Positions 10,808-24,539 of a DNA stretch of 64,000 nucleotides are shown here, piece by piece. How positions within the stretch are numbered: the first letter of the stretch is position 1; each line of letters begins with the position of its first letter. Made by a program: the position numbers and the translations under genes. The DNA is from Psilocybe cubensis. Its lineage: Eukaryota. The notes beneath the pieces are model-generated. The model was not told the DNA's origin. It did no database searches and was given only the letters and a program-made list of their open reading frames with translations. The stretch lies in the NCBI GenBank assembly GCA_017499595.2, contig CM039005.1, forward strand, positions 1,054,001 through 1,118,000, given 5' to 3'.

Positions 10808-12450
10808 CGTTGGCTTAATTTTTTTTTCTTCTTCTTTTTCTTCTACGTTTTTTCTTTCTTTTGATTCTTTTCTCTTTTCTTGTATATGTTTTTTTTTTGT
10901 TTTTTGTTTGTTTTTTTTCTCTCTCGATCTCTCCGTTCCGTGTGTCTGTCTGTCCACGTCCACTTCGTAGCATCTGGGTTTAGTCAACTGTTAAGTTCAT
11001 TTTGCGCTTTGGTATTTTGGATAAAGGAAGGAAGGAAGGAAGGAAGGAATTTTTCTGTCTCTCTGTCTGTCTGTCTTGTTACTCTCTCTCTCTCTCTCTC
11101 ATTGCATGTGTCTTGTTTATCCCACGCCTGTTTACCTCTACCTCTACCTCTACCGTTACCCATCTACGTCGTCCATGCCCCACGTCCCACGTCCCTCATC
11201 CCACATCCATGTCCACATCCACGTCCTTAGTTATCATCAAGTATCAAGTACCACCCTTCTTAGTACATGTTGTTGTTTTAAGACCTTCTCTACTCTCTAT
11301 TTTATTCTCTCTTTTTCTCTTCTGTTTGAGTTGGTATTGTCGTTGGTTACTTTTTTCTGATTTTTTTTGTTTGCTTTTTCTTGTGAATTATTATTTTTGA
11401 TTTTTTGCTGTTCACAGTCCACAGTATGAAATTCCAGATTCTGTATTCCATGTTTTTTTTTTCTTGTTGCTTGTATATCGATTATCGATTATCTCATCCG
11501 CATCATCAGTCAGGCTCACGTTCGTTTGTTCGGTCATTTGTCCTTTTCTTTACGTTTTTTTTTTTTGGCACGCTCGCTCCCTACTTAGTAGGATTGTACT
11601 GCAATATGCAATATTCAATCTCGGATCAGCTGTTGTTTCAAGCATGCATCTTCTCTTCTTCTGCTCCTCTCATTTCGACTCTTTCTTTCTCTTGTCTGCT
11701 CAGAATTCCGCTTCGTGCAATCTCTTGTGACTTGTCTTTGTCTTTGTACTGAAGTCTCTTTGTCTTGTCCTTGTCTTGTCCTTGACTCGAGTGTGAGCAT
11801 CGTCCCTTGTCGTATCTGCTCTTTCATCCCTTCTTTCGATTGTGCTTGCTTGAGTAGTCACAGTTTCGAGGAATGTTACGGTCTTTCTTTTTGGTCTGGT
11901 TTGGTTTTGCGGTTTTGCGGTGTAAAAGTAAAGATCTTATCGGTGCTGTTCTCTCCCCTTGCTCCCGGTCCCCTCTTTCTTCCTCCTTCCTCGCTCTCGG
12001 TCTGTCTTTCGGCTTAGCTTTTTCTTTTACACATCCACGCGCCCGGGGGACCGCAGGATTATACAGTACAGTCGTGCTTAAAGTCACATTATCATTCGAT
12101 TGGTTTCTTTGGCTCTGAATCATCTGACAGCAACGTCCACCCGCTTTGCATCATATCTTGCATCATAATCGTCTTTTCTCTTCTTTGTTTTTCTTTTATT
12201 CTGGGTTATTCTGGTGCCTTCCGGGACTCTCTGGCTGCTTTCTGTCTTCCTGTCTCTCTGATTCTTTTCTCTATTTTTTTACTAAGTTTCTGTTTATTAA
12301 TTCAAGTCAAAGGGTGCCTGCCGCCTAACAGATTCTCAGCTTGGAAAATTGCATATTGTTTTGCACGCCTCGTTCTGCCTGGATTTGGTATTCTCTGTCA
12401 AATTGGCTTTCGGTTTTGATTTTTTTTTGGTTCTGGATTGTGAGATCGAA
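10808..12450 (+). repeat. T-rich low-complexity region with (GAAG)n, (CT)n and (CTCTAC)n microsatellites; probable long 3' UTR
   Basis: Runs of T, TC and TG on the + strand directly after the RRM gene stop; (GAAG)n at ~11026-11048 and (CT)n at ~11082-11100. UTR status is inferred. Confidence 0.6.
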
Positions 12451-14773
12451 CACCGAGGGATTCTATGTTGTTTGAGAAAGAGATCGACATTGAGATGGTA
12501 TTGTTAATGTTGATGTTGCATACGAATAACGAATAACGAATGTCCGAGGACTTCCTGCCAATGTGGGAATGAAAATGGATATCGATATGAATGGGTTTTC
12601 ATTTCGCTTTTGGCTTTTTCTTGCATGTTCAACATGTTCATGAGTGTGGCTCACTTTGCATTGTGTCTGTTGCATATTACCGCGGCTGGTACACTGCTAC
12701 TTAGGCAGTAAGCGTGCTTGGACCCATTGCGTGTGTATTGTCTCGCTAACCCCTCGGATTTCCGGGAGTGCAAGGGTGTGGTATGTAATTGTAAACAATC
12801 CTTTGTTGACTCGGACCTATGATGATGATGATTATGATGATCGACAAGGTCGATAAAAGCGTGGTTTACATGCGTCCTGGTATGCAGGCTACAGCCTTGA
12901 ATCTGCATTATCCGGGAACGTCGGCGGGCAAACGTGGTTGTTATCTTACAGGGACTGTGGAAAATGCTACGCCGGCTAGTACGTGAGGTCTTTTGCAGGA
13001 CTGCGCGAGCTACACCTTGAGGTGAAAGACCGTTGTTTGCACATTAGCGTCGCTTGTCGAACCTTGGTGTAGGATCAAAACACCAAGTTGGGCATGTGTA
13101 GGCGCCCTGTGCCTGAAGGCCCAGGCGTGTATGTCCTAGTGCCTACTTATGGTATGAATATATTGGCGGGCGGACGCCCCGTTCGGGGAGATATAATAAG
13201 TAATCCAGTGTGTAAGGTGCCTTGCTTGAAAGTTTGGTGCAAATATAGAATGACTATACTTGGAACGCGGCTCAGTCCGCTTTGCGACAACCCGACACTG
13301 TTTCTCATGCGTAGCTTCACGGTATACTCACTCACTGACAGTAGGTGGGTAAACGGTGGAGGAAACCGCCCTTCCACGTTGCTCATCACGACGATTCGTA
13401 AGCTTGCATAAGCCCCAGGCACATATTACACTGTTGCAGGCAGGGGCGGATCCATTGGGACCAAAACAATGCAAAACGGACGAAAAGCCTTAGCGGTCAG
13501 CGATGGGCGGGTGTGATAAGTATCATCCCCGACCGATTGTTGACTGGATAATGGATATGGAATTATGGTCTCTATACAACTTGACGACCGCCCAGGTGTC
13601 TCCTTAGTTTCCTTAGAATGTCTCAGGTATAATATCGGCGGATTTGCGAATATGGAGGGGAGATCCTGGATTAGTAAAGACCCTGCATGCGCGCTGCGCA
13701 GATTTTCCCTGATTTCTCCGGATTTGGTAGCGGAGTAGGTATGACTTTATACATTTTATGCACTTTTCTGGGTTTTTGGATATGAACGTGGTGTTTGGTA
13801 CACAAACTACACCTAGTACACGAACCAGTCATAACGTCATTGGTTCGAAGTCCCTTGTCCGCTTCCATCAATCTTTTTTTGCGTAGAAACGCCTGGCTTA
13901 CTGGGATGGATGACCTTACATGTCCATATTGCGCCACTTTTCCATTTTTTTATTCGTTCGTGAAAGAGCGCGGAGCACGTACTAATGTCGGCGTCCATAG
14001 ATAAGCCCGAACGGACGAACAAACGCGCGCGCGCGGCGCAGTTCTGTCAGTGACATCAGACAAGCAACACACAAGTGAAAGAAGAGAAAGACAGATGAAA
14101 GCCTTGGGCCCACTGGACGTGAGCGTCAAGCAAAAGGATATGCGCCGGCTACAGAGTCAACGGCCTTCTGTGTGCCCGAATGCGTTCTGTTTTCTGGTAA
14201 TGTTGACTCATGGCCCAGACATCGAGGGGGGAGAAGGGAGAAGCCATGGAGACCTGACGGGAGATAGGACAGTGCGATCAAAGGCCTCCCCCTCTCTCGT
14301 GTCCATTATTCCTGTGCATAACGCTTTTAATGGAAAGAGCAATCGGGTTTTTGCTCCGCTTCGTAAGTGGCCACCGAGGAATTGGGTTAAATTCATGCTT
14401 ATTACATGTGGCACTTCCATTTTAGGCCTGGGTAAGGACGAATATGCGGGATTTTGCACCAGGTAAGGGCGAAAATCACCCGTGATGCGGATATATTTTA
14501 CCCAACTCTTACTTTTTCGCTCTTATTGTCTTCGTAACAGGCCGAATGCTAATGGCAAATCTGTTATGGGCACTTGATGACTTGCCGCCTCGTCGAGTCG
14601 TGTTTTCTTTTCAACAAAGATGTTGTGTGGTGGCCCATGCTGACTGAGAGGGCATTGCTTAAATACTGCTGCGTCTTTCCATGGATGCTTGTCACAGTAT
14701 CCCCCCGGGACTACTACGTTCCTCCTACCCCCCTTACCTCTAACGACACCTTCCTTTTAATTTTTTACAAGCC

Positions 14774-16823
14774 ATGTCCGACATATTCAGAGACTCGACA
14801 TTCGGGAGTCTCCTGAACACACTCTCCAATGGACGCCTATTCCCATACCCCGAACAGCGTCCTGATTGGGTGCTTCCAGAGAGCCTGCGCAACTCGCCGG
14901 CTGGGCGATCATCAGACGATACGCATATAGAAAAGCCTGTCACTGCCTCTGCGGCGCATTCGACGAAAAGCTCAACAGACCTTGAGAAGAACCCCACAGA
15001 AGTTACAGAAAAGCCTGTGTCGGTAAAGCCGACCGTGGGCTGGTATGGGGACGATGACCCGGATAATCCGATGTAAGTTCTTTATTAACTTGTATCTTCA
15101 CGGTTTTTTTAATCTTTCGTGTAGGAACTGGTCGTTGTTTAAACGATGCTTTGTGGTCGCTATGACTTGTCTTCTGACAACTAGCGTGTACACGGGATCA
15201 GCTATCTAGTAAGTTTATTTCTTTGGACACTCCTTGCCTGATTTTAACGACCTTGTTTCTAGTACCGCTTCAATCCCAGGAATCATGGATACATTCGATG
15301 TCTCGCAAACAGCCGCCACGGCTGGTCTCTCACTCTATGTTATCGCCTACGGTATCGGCCCCATGTTCTTCAGTCCCCTTTCCGAAATCCCCTCCATTGG
15401 CAGAAGGCCAATCTACATTATTACTCTCATTATTTTCGTCGCTCTGCAAGTCCCGACTCTGTATGCCAACAACATTCATACCCTTCTTGCCATGCGTTTC
15501 TTTGCTGGCTTCTTCGGCTCTCCGGCGCTTGCTAGTGGTGGTGCTACAATCCAGGATATGTGAGTATTTTTTTTCAATTACTCGAAAGTACAATGGGCTG
15601 ACAGTTACTCTTAGGTTCCACTTCATCAAGCTCCCCAACGCTATGGTTCTCTGGAGTGTCACAGCTCTCTGTGGACGTAAGTCAAATTTCCTTCCTTCAC
15701 TTGACTTCAGGCGCTTATTCATCTATCTTTAGCGCTTCTCGGTCCCATCATGGGTGGTTTCGCAGCCATGGCCAACGGATGGAAGTGGCCCATCTATGAG
15801 CTTTTGTGGCTTACGGGCTTCACTCTCATCTTGTTGATCTTCTGGTACCCCGAGACGAATGCCGAGACTATCCTCCTTCAACGCGCCCAACGCATCCGCA
15901 AACGAACCGGCATGCAGCACCTCACCAGCGACAGCGAGGACAAGCAGGCCCATCTTGCTTTCTCGTCCATCATCTTCGAGTCTCTCCTCCGTCCGTTCCA
16001 GCTCATGACTGAGCCCGTCATTCTTTATCTCAATCTCTATATTGCTCTCGGCTATGCTATCTTCTACTGTAAGTTTGTGATAACCTTGGTTTACTGTATT
16101 GTGATGTTAATCTACCGTTACAGTGTGGTTTGAGGCCTTCCCGCTCGTCTACATCGAGATCTACCATTTCAATCTCGGTACATCCGCCCTGCCGTTCATG
16201 GGACTCCTGATCACCGCCTGCCTCACCGGAGCCTGCTACCTCATCTACAACAAATACGTCATTGAGGCTACCTTCCTCCGCACTGGCGCAATCATCCCCG
16301 AGTCGCGTCTCACCATCGCCCTCTTCGCCGCACCGTTCGGGCCTATTGCCCTCTTCATCTTTGGCTGGACTGCTCGTGAGGATATCCACTGGATGGCACC
16401 TACAATCGGAGCTGCTCTCTTCTTGCCTGGGTATGTCACTTCTTTCTCGGTTCCTTGTGTCGTGGATACTGACGGTGAAACCTTTTGTTTAGACTCTTCC
16501 TCGTTTTCCAAGGCGCTGTGGTGTATCTACCCATGTCATACCCAAGATACGCTGCTTCCATCCTCGCTGGAAACGGTCTTTGCAGAGCTCTTCTCGGTGG
16601 AGCGTTCCCGTAAGTCTAGTCATCATTATCACCTACACTCATTTAACTTAACTCTTTTCTCTTTCCACACAGACTCTTCGGACGCTCTCTCTATGAATCT
16701 CTTGGCATCGGAGGTGGCTGCTCTCTCCTCGCTGGTATCACCATTGCCTTCTGGCCAGGTCTCTGGTACCTCTGGAAGAACGGCGCCAAAATCAGAGCTA
16801 AATCGAAATACGCCAATTTCTAA
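14774..16823 (+). CDS. MFS multidrug:H+ antiporter, DHA1 family (Flr1/Caf5-like)
   Basis: VGWYGDDDPDNPM|NWS, YGIGPMFFSPLSEIPSIGRRPIY, RFFAGFFGSPALASGGATIQD, PETNAETIL and WFEAFPLVY motifs; multi-exon; TAA at 16821-16823. Confidence 0.93.
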
Positions 16824-17714
16824 AAGCCCTTTTTTTGTCTTTGATGTATATATGGACGCTGTTGTCGATACCCTTCACATATCATTACATTGTTTTGTTA
16901 CACCTCAATTTTTTTCGATTTTTGCATAGAAGAGCATTGCTTCTTTCTTTTACTAGCTACTTCAATAATAATAAATAGTTCAGTAATTGTATATGGATTG
17001 TATATCCGAGCAAATGAATAAAGGTCAACACATTATTAGCTTCCATTTAGAATCATACTGTCGAGCCGTCTATATTGAGGGTGTGGCCCTGCGTGCTGAG
17101 TGAAATGGGGGATAAGTAGTAACTGCATGTAGCAACTATGATCAATGAAAGAAGAGCTCACGACGAGGAACAGCTATGATTGATGGTGAGAAGGAAGGCA
17201 TATTCAGTCCCGTGCCGAATACCAATAATATTTCCACGATCCGGCTCCGAGCTTGACACAGGCACTGTCAGTGCTTGATTTCTCTGCTACCAATGTTGCC
17301 CTGGTACATGCGGAATGGGGAAAGTATTATAGTCAGTGCTCTTTGCTATCTACGATGTAAGAAGGACTTCGTGGTGATAATCTCCTTCTAGGTTCCATTG
17401 TTCACCCCTAAGTCTTGCGAAATCGAAGAACTGCTCCAAGTGTGAGATGCCAATCGTCCGTAATGTTCCGTTTCTCTCAATCTACTTATCATCAACTGAA
17501 CGCACTGACCATATAGATATCGCTTCTCCAGTTTCCACCCCACTGCCCAAAATCAGGCGACCTGGACGATCTCCTGACGTGAAAGAATCTTTTCTGCGCC
17601 ATTCCTTTGTGAGACGTGACTTGGAAGGAGGTGAGAAATATGATTTAATTTAAGTGTGTCTGTATGCGTGCTATGTATCTTCCTTCCCCACCCTCGTTGT
17701 TGGGCTGACCACTC

Positions 17715-19894
17715 ATGGCACTCACTTTCTCTAGTATCAGTTCCTTCATCCTGCTGGTATGGGCACTTAGGAGACTGCTGAACACCATCGCTTCGAAAAA
17801 GCGACGCCCTTATCCACCAGGACCAAAACCACTACCTTTGATCGGAAACTTGTTTGATTTGCCGATAAGCAACGCTGCTTTGGTCTACACGGAATGGACA
17901 AAGAAATACAATAGTGGGTCATACTATTGCCCATGTATTATGGCTAAAACATTGTACAGGTCCAATCCTTTACGCTGAAGCCTTGGGAAATCGCATTGTC
18001 ATCCTCAATGATTTAAAAGATGTAGCACAACTGCTTGAGAACCCCGACCGTGCAAGGAACTACGCCGACAGGCCTGTGATACCAATTGTTGAAGTGTAAG
18101 GGCGAACTGTTGATTATGCACCTATGGTCATTTAATATTCGATTTAATCAGTATGGGTTGGTCCAACAATGTCGCCATCATGCCATACGGCGATGTTTGG
18201 AGGCAGCACAGGAGAATAATCCAAAACAATTTCAACAACCCCAAATCGGTACAAAAGCTCGAGCCGATTCAGACCAAGAAGGTTCGCCAGCTGTTGCAAG
18301 GGCTCTTCAATACACCTGAAAAATTTGAGGCGCACAGCAAAATGTATGCATCTAGGCTTATTGGACAGCTTAGAATTAATTTTTTGTTAGGTTTTCCACT
18401 TCCCTGACGATTTCGCTGACGCACGGGTATGAAATTAAATCGATAGATGAACCCTGCGTCACAATGGCAGATGAGGCACTTTTGATGGGAGTTCGACTAC
18501 TTGTACCTGGTGCCAGCTTGATGAACGTCTTCCCAGTCCTTCAACATGTACCTGAATGGTTTCCAGGCGCGTCTGCGCGGAAGACGGCTGGCGTGATACG
18601 CCGCATGACCGACGAGATTGTCAGATTCCCCCTGGAATATGTAAAACAAAGCTTTGTAAAGTTCTCTATGTTGTCTTTCGTGTAACAATGTTTCTAACAA
18701 CGTCTTTAGGAAGCAGGTACCGCAGTACCGTCTCTAGTTGCTGATTTCTACGAGAAGATGTATACTATTGGAGCATCCGAGGTCGAAGAAGAAATGATAA
18801 AAAATGTAGCATATACGGTGTACGGAGGTGTGTAAACCATTGCTGGTACAAAAGATCGATGCTTGTTATCTAATCCTATTCGTCTTTCAAGCGGCTTCGG
18901 ATACGGTAAGTTTCATTGGACCTTGCGTATACGTACGTGTTCTCAAATTTACTTAATTTAGACAATATCTTTTACTGGATCCTTTTTCTACCTTATGGCA
19001 GCGAATCCACAATCTCAGAGACAGGCACATGCTGAGATTGATCGTGTTCTGGGATCCAAGCGTCTCCCAACTTTGGCTGACCGTGATTCACTCCCTTACT
19101 TAGAAGCGATGTATAGGGAAGTTCTACGATTGAGGCCTCCCTTTCCACTTGGAGTACCTCACAAGGTCATCGAAGATGACCTTTACAAAGGCTATTTGAT
19201 TCCTAAAGGTAAATTAACGACCTTCCGTCATAAAACATTGGTCGTATTAAATTCTGGCTCGGTAACAACCATTAGGGACGACTGTTTTTACCAACATGTG
19301 GTGAGTGATTTAATGTACGAATTCACCCACCTCTAGTGTAAAGCCCAACCATGTTATCTTCCAAAGGGCGATGTCAAGAGATGAAGTGGTCTATCCGGAC
19401 CCTGATATCTTTAAACCAGAGCGATATTTTGATGCGGAAGGCAAGTTGATGGATGAAAATCTTCTCGGTTACGGCTTTGGCCGCAGGTAAGCCTAGTCTA
19501 CTCGAGTTACCTTCTTGGTGTTTCTTTCTACTTAGACGTATGCAAGGATTTGCGCAGGCAAGCGTTTAGCAAGCTCCACGGTGAGTCCTACGCCCTTGGC
19601 CCGAGTAATAAGAGCTAGCAGGTTCTATGTTGCTAAGTATCATGTTTAGGTTTGGCTTATGATGGCTTCTGTACTTGCCTGTTTCGAAATTACCCCTCGC
19701 AAAGACAAAGACGGTAACACCATGGAAGTTAATGGCGACATTGAGGATAATGGTATGATGAAGTAAGTTGCTCACCCTCATGTCGCATCTCCGGCTTCTG
19801 CCCTGACATCGGACCTCATAGCCACAAGGCTACTTTTGAGTGTGATTTTCATCCCAGGTTGCCAGATATACATAAGCTTTTTATGGAATCCTAA
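17715..19894 (+). CDS. Cytochrome P450 (CYP5144/OrdA-like), apparently intact
   Basis: PPGPKPLPLIGN, WRQHRR, I-helix YGAASDT (via a 14-nt microexon), K-helix EVLR, FKPERY and heme motif YGFGRR|ICAG; TAA at 19892-19894. Confidence 0.93.
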
Positions 19895-20121
19895 AAGATT
19901 TTGTTGTCACACCTTCGCTATGTGCGACTCTTATGATAGATAGTTGGCATTCAGCACAGCCTTCTGGGCACATAGATTTAATCTGCAATCATATTTTCCG
20001 CAAGCCTGCTCCACTGCTCCAATTTAAACCCCTCTCTTCCTTCTTTCAATGGATGGGATGCAACAAATCGGCAATTATACACTCAAATTTCAAAGTCACC
20101 TACCCGTACATTCCACCTATA

Positions 20122-21460
20122 TCAAACCCTGCTACAGAACTTCCAAAACCCTTTTCTGATCTCAGGCAGAGGCGAGGTGGGAGGGGGTAAAGCATCTGGA
20201 TTTGACATTGACATTCGGAACTTCATTTGAATGCTCTGCGAGAGAAACTCTGCATCAAGACTTGAAATAGTGTTCCGAAAGAGTGATAAGCTTTCGGTAA
20301 TAGTCAATCGCTGTGTTGGGTCAGGATGCATCATAGCGTCGCGAATTGGAACAAGAAAATCCAACCCCTCATACTCCTAAGGAATAATCTGTCAATGTCA
20401 ATTGGTTGTGTATGGAGATGAAATATTACTTCAATAAGCATCCGAGCGACACCACCTAATTGGTATACATCCAGCTTAAAGGGATCGTATGGTTCGGTAA
20501 GCGACATCTCAGGTACATCCTTCTCCTGGCCATAACGACCAATGCATAGGGTGTTACCTGGCGGGAAAAAGTCCGCAAACTCGTAGTCAATCATGTAGGA
20601 TTTGATTGGGCCAACTGAACAGCGATCCCTAAACTGGATGCGAGTTTTGCCGTCAGGTTGAAGGCGATCATCCTGATGATGAGCGCCTGTAGGAATAATG
20701 TTTGTTGGATCCATCATAAAGTTAAAGACGCAAGCGTCCCTAAAGATGAAATTAATAGTGAAAGATAATACAGGACACATGAGCCTTGAACCTATGCGCG
20801 ATGTAGTGCTCGTGCAGGAATTGTACTCCCTGCATGAAACACATCAGTAAAGGTCCTCAATAACTTAAGAGATGAGAGCAAATATTCACCAGGAGTAGTT
20901 GCTCCATGGCGTACACAACCTCCTTCGCATGATGGAAAGGATACATAAAAGAGAAAAAGGGGTACAAGATTGGCATCACAATAAGTGCAGTTTCTTTACT
21001 TCCAGGAGGCTTCGGTACAGATATGACATCCAACAGAGGGACCGTATTATTGCGAGGGTCTTTGAGCATTTCAGGTTGGTTCAAGTACTTTAAGATGCCT
21101 ATATTGTCGTCTTCAACAATCACCCGTTTTATTACCACTCTCTTGCCATCGTGGGCCCGAACCGCATCGATGAGGTTCCACCTCTGAATGAAAGGATATT
21201 TAGAACGGTAGAGCAAAAAATATATGTGACATGCTACCAACTCTTAATCCGATACGGTCCGGGCATTTCCACATATCTTTGTAGAAGAAATTCCAAAGTC
21301 GCCTCCAGGAAGGTTTCCAGTTTGGGTGATATCTAGGACGAAGATGATATCCATTTTTCAGCAAGAGGGGTTGCAGTTCAACCCAGTCTGCTTCCGCTGG
21401 AGTAAGTAGTCCGTCGTACTCGGCCTCTTCATTTTCGACGATTCGGCTGAGTAACGGCAT
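20122..21460 (-). CDS. Agaricomycete-specific protein-kinase-like protein (AgaK1-type), copy 1
   Basis: QPLLLKNGYHLRPRYHPNWKPSW, DAVRAHDGKRVVIKRV (catalytic Lys), DPRNNTVPLLD, LHEHYIAHR|DACVFNFMMD, MIDYE and VPEMSLTEPYDPFKLDVYQLG. Family recognised from motif pattern, not from a search. Confidence 0.85.
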
Positions 21461-23153
21461 TGCAGAGGTCGAAACAATGGCAGTTGTAGAGTATGATACG
21501 GCCCCGTGTACTGAATGCAGCTATGGGGGAAGGTAGTGACTATAAACGATCAGAAGAAGAGCTCACAACAAAGAACCGCTGTTTATGATGGCGACTCGTG
21601 AATAGCTCAGGCTTTTCACTGTTCAGATGTTCAACGTTCAGCCATGATAGTCACCCGCGTGCCAAGTTGATGGCATTAAGTACTGATTTGTTTGCTCTGA
21701 AAGGCATGAAACCTCATAACAAACAGTAGCTACAAGGTTGCGTCGGGATGGTCGTCTCACTATTACTATCTTACTCCCTAAATCCCACAGATTGCTGGAT
21801 CGACCCGTGAACTTTTTATTCTTCGTTATCCACCGTGCCGCTTTAAGTTCCTGCAGTCCCACCTGAACAAAGTTATTCTTTACTCCTTGACTTGGCTGTA
21901 CAAATCGTCAAATTCTCAAAAGGACCGCGTTCGTCCGACGAACTGACTCATTACTGAACACATTTCAGTTCCACGTCCTTGTTGAGACTGTAATCTGACC
22001 ATACACTTGCATCCACGAGACCATCATGAACCGTGCTTGACCTTCTTTCCGGAGATGCGGATGGAGCTATGGGTGTGTGTGTATCGATTGGTGCATCACC
22101 GCTGGTCCAAATATATACTGCCTGTGATATACTGGCGGACGCTGGAAGTATTTTCAATTCAACTGTCAAACATTGGAAGTCTTATTGCAGCTGGAAACTG
22201 GCTGGATTAATCAGTATAATCGATTCCATCATCCTGTGAAATCTTCTTTTCAATCAAGCTCAAATCATCATTTACACTCTTTCGGGTCGAGTCATCTCCA
22301 AGTAACCCCTCTTCTTTGGAGGGCTTTCCGCGGAAAAAGTTGTTTTTATTGATCCAACCTTCAGCACGGATAATGACAATTGGATCCTGAGTGATACGTG
22401 CTCCTTCTGACTGCGCAGTCTTCTGGGAACCAATATTTTAAATCTGGAAATTTGCACTGGTCATGCTTACTCAGGCTCACTAGAGGGAAATCACTCCTGT
22501 AGACAAGGTTTCCTCCTCATATATGCAGCCTTTCTGCCTGATGCCCGACGAGAAAAACGCGATCTATGTGTACAAATGCGAATTTTTAATGAGCGCGTAA
22601 ACCCTAACATGAACCTTTGTGTCGACCGTGCTTATGTTGCAGTTATCTTCTCTCGGTGTTGTAATCACTCAGACAGCGATGCAACAAAGGTTAATCGCCG
22701 CCTCTTCGGAAATCTTTCTTCTGCGTCCATCATTTATGCCCATATAGGTTATTGCCAAATCGGAATCAGAATCTGCTTGGTGAAATATTTTCATCTTTCA
22801 GAACCCACCCTCCTGTATTCCACCTCATTGTTCTCTATTCCTGCTTTGGAGTCCTCTCTGAATCTCCTCGTTCTTCTTAGAAGAAGCATTATTGCAAATC
22901 AAATTGGGATCCTAGCTTCCCATCTTCTGCCACCACACACACACAAATGAATTGCTGCTATTTGGCCGTCCCGTCTTTCCGCATGCCAACCATTCCTCTG
23001 GGTGGTATTTTGAGAGAATCTCTACGACAGCGTTTTATCGGAGCCAAATCTGTGATCCACAACTTGGGAGAACCATGCAATGACTCCATCCTTTTGTAGG
23101 ACCTTGACATGGCGTTGCTCTATTTGAACTCAGTGCCAGAGCTGTGCAAACTG

Positions 23154-23160
23154 TATAAAA
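23154..23160 (+). promoter_or_regulatory. TATA box (TATAAAA) upstream of the orphan gene
   Basis: Consensus TATAAAA about 60 nt upstream of the ATG at 23219. Confidence 0.45.
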
Positions 23161-23218
23161 GGTGCCACCGTTCACGCTATCTTCATCATTGGAATTATCC
23201 CTCCTTCACTGTATCAAC

Positions 23219-24360
23219 ATGTCTAGCGACGACCAAATCATTCACCGTTGGCTTGCCACTAAAGACCAGAAGTTGGCTGCGGTCCGCCGATATAAGGATC
23301 GTATCGCAGAATTACGCCAGACCGTCACCGACGATAAGGATTTGACGGAGGATAAGAAGAATGACTTTTTGCTTGAACTTGATGCGTAAGTCAATCCCTC
23401 ATCAAATGTATTGTCTAATGGTGCTTGGTTTAGAGCTGATAAAATGGTTGAAAATTTGGAGAGAGAGCTCAATAGCTTCATAAAGGCGCTAAAGAATTGG
23501 CAAAATGTAAGAAAGGTCGGACTGCCTGACTTGAATACAAGGATAGAGATACTCCAAGCTCAAATTAAAGTGGGTAAAATTTCTTAGCAATTACACGAAA
23601 AGTCATAACGGCGTATTGTATTCTAGGTTGCCTCTGATGCCACTAAAAGTCTTGCCAGGCCCATAATATCCTACAGAGAAAGAGAGATAATTGTATCTAA
23701 TATGGCATCGTCCTCAGCTGACGTGCAAGGGTCGCAAATGTCACAACCTCCAGTGCTAGAGAGCTTGCCACCTCCTCCCCGATCGCGATATAACATTCAA
23801 TCGGCACAACCTCCACAACAAGGAGAAGCTTTCTTGGCCGAAAGGTATGCAGCAGTAATATCTATACCAATTCAGCATTCATACTTCGAAAATCTCAAGC
23901 GAAATTATCAGTGCTACCCCTTCTGCATACTCAGCAGGACAGAACCAAGACTTAAGGTGAGCACAAGCAATGGATTATTAAGAATCAAGAATTGACCACA
24001 CTGTATTACAGTCAAATGGATACTGCGGCACCGTCTTCTGATATACAGGCTGTCCGGGTAGACGTCGGTCACAGAATTGTCCATGCCCACAATCAATCGA
24101 TTGCTTCTACTAATACTTTTGGATATGCTAAGCATAGCTACAACCGCAGTGATGAGCAAGCCGGGGAAACTAGTGAACAGAGTGGACATGACATGTATAA
24201 TTCGTCCGCTTCATCCAGAAACTATCGTATTGAGGACTCGGAAAATCGAACACTAGCGCATGACGATTCCGAGGTGCATCATGGGCCGGGACACAGTGCA
24301 AACATGTCAGTCTCTTCTTCAAACACTTTTGGATATCCATCCAACCCCGACGACAACTAA
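23219..24360 (+). CDS. Hypothetical protein: N-terminal helical/coiled-coil region and disordered S/P/Q-rich C-terminus
   Basis: ATG at 23219 after a TATA box. ORF pieces MSSDDQIIHRW...LLELD, ADKMVENLERELNSF..., MASSSADVQ... and QMDTAAPS...NPDDN are separated by GT..AG gaps of about 50 nt. No family recognised. Confidence 0.6.
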
Positions 24361-24539
24361 ACACAAACACACCAAATGTTGCAAATAAATGAAGGCAACA
24401 CCTATAAATAAATAGGGAGCGTAAGCAGCTATATACAGTGGTTGTATCATGCAAACTTTGAAGTTATATACGAGAAATTTTATCACGATTTATCGAGTAA
24501 AGACCAGATTTAAGTAGAATACGAAAGATGCTTCCAATC

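Noticed and set aside
7679..12330. Many overlapping ORFs with polyL/C/S/R/F in alternative frames
   Set aside because: Shadows of trinucleotide repeats and T-rich low-complexity sequence.
21500..23100. Gene between kinase copy 1 and the orphan gene
   Set aside because: Only short ORFs; no coherent spliced model could be built.
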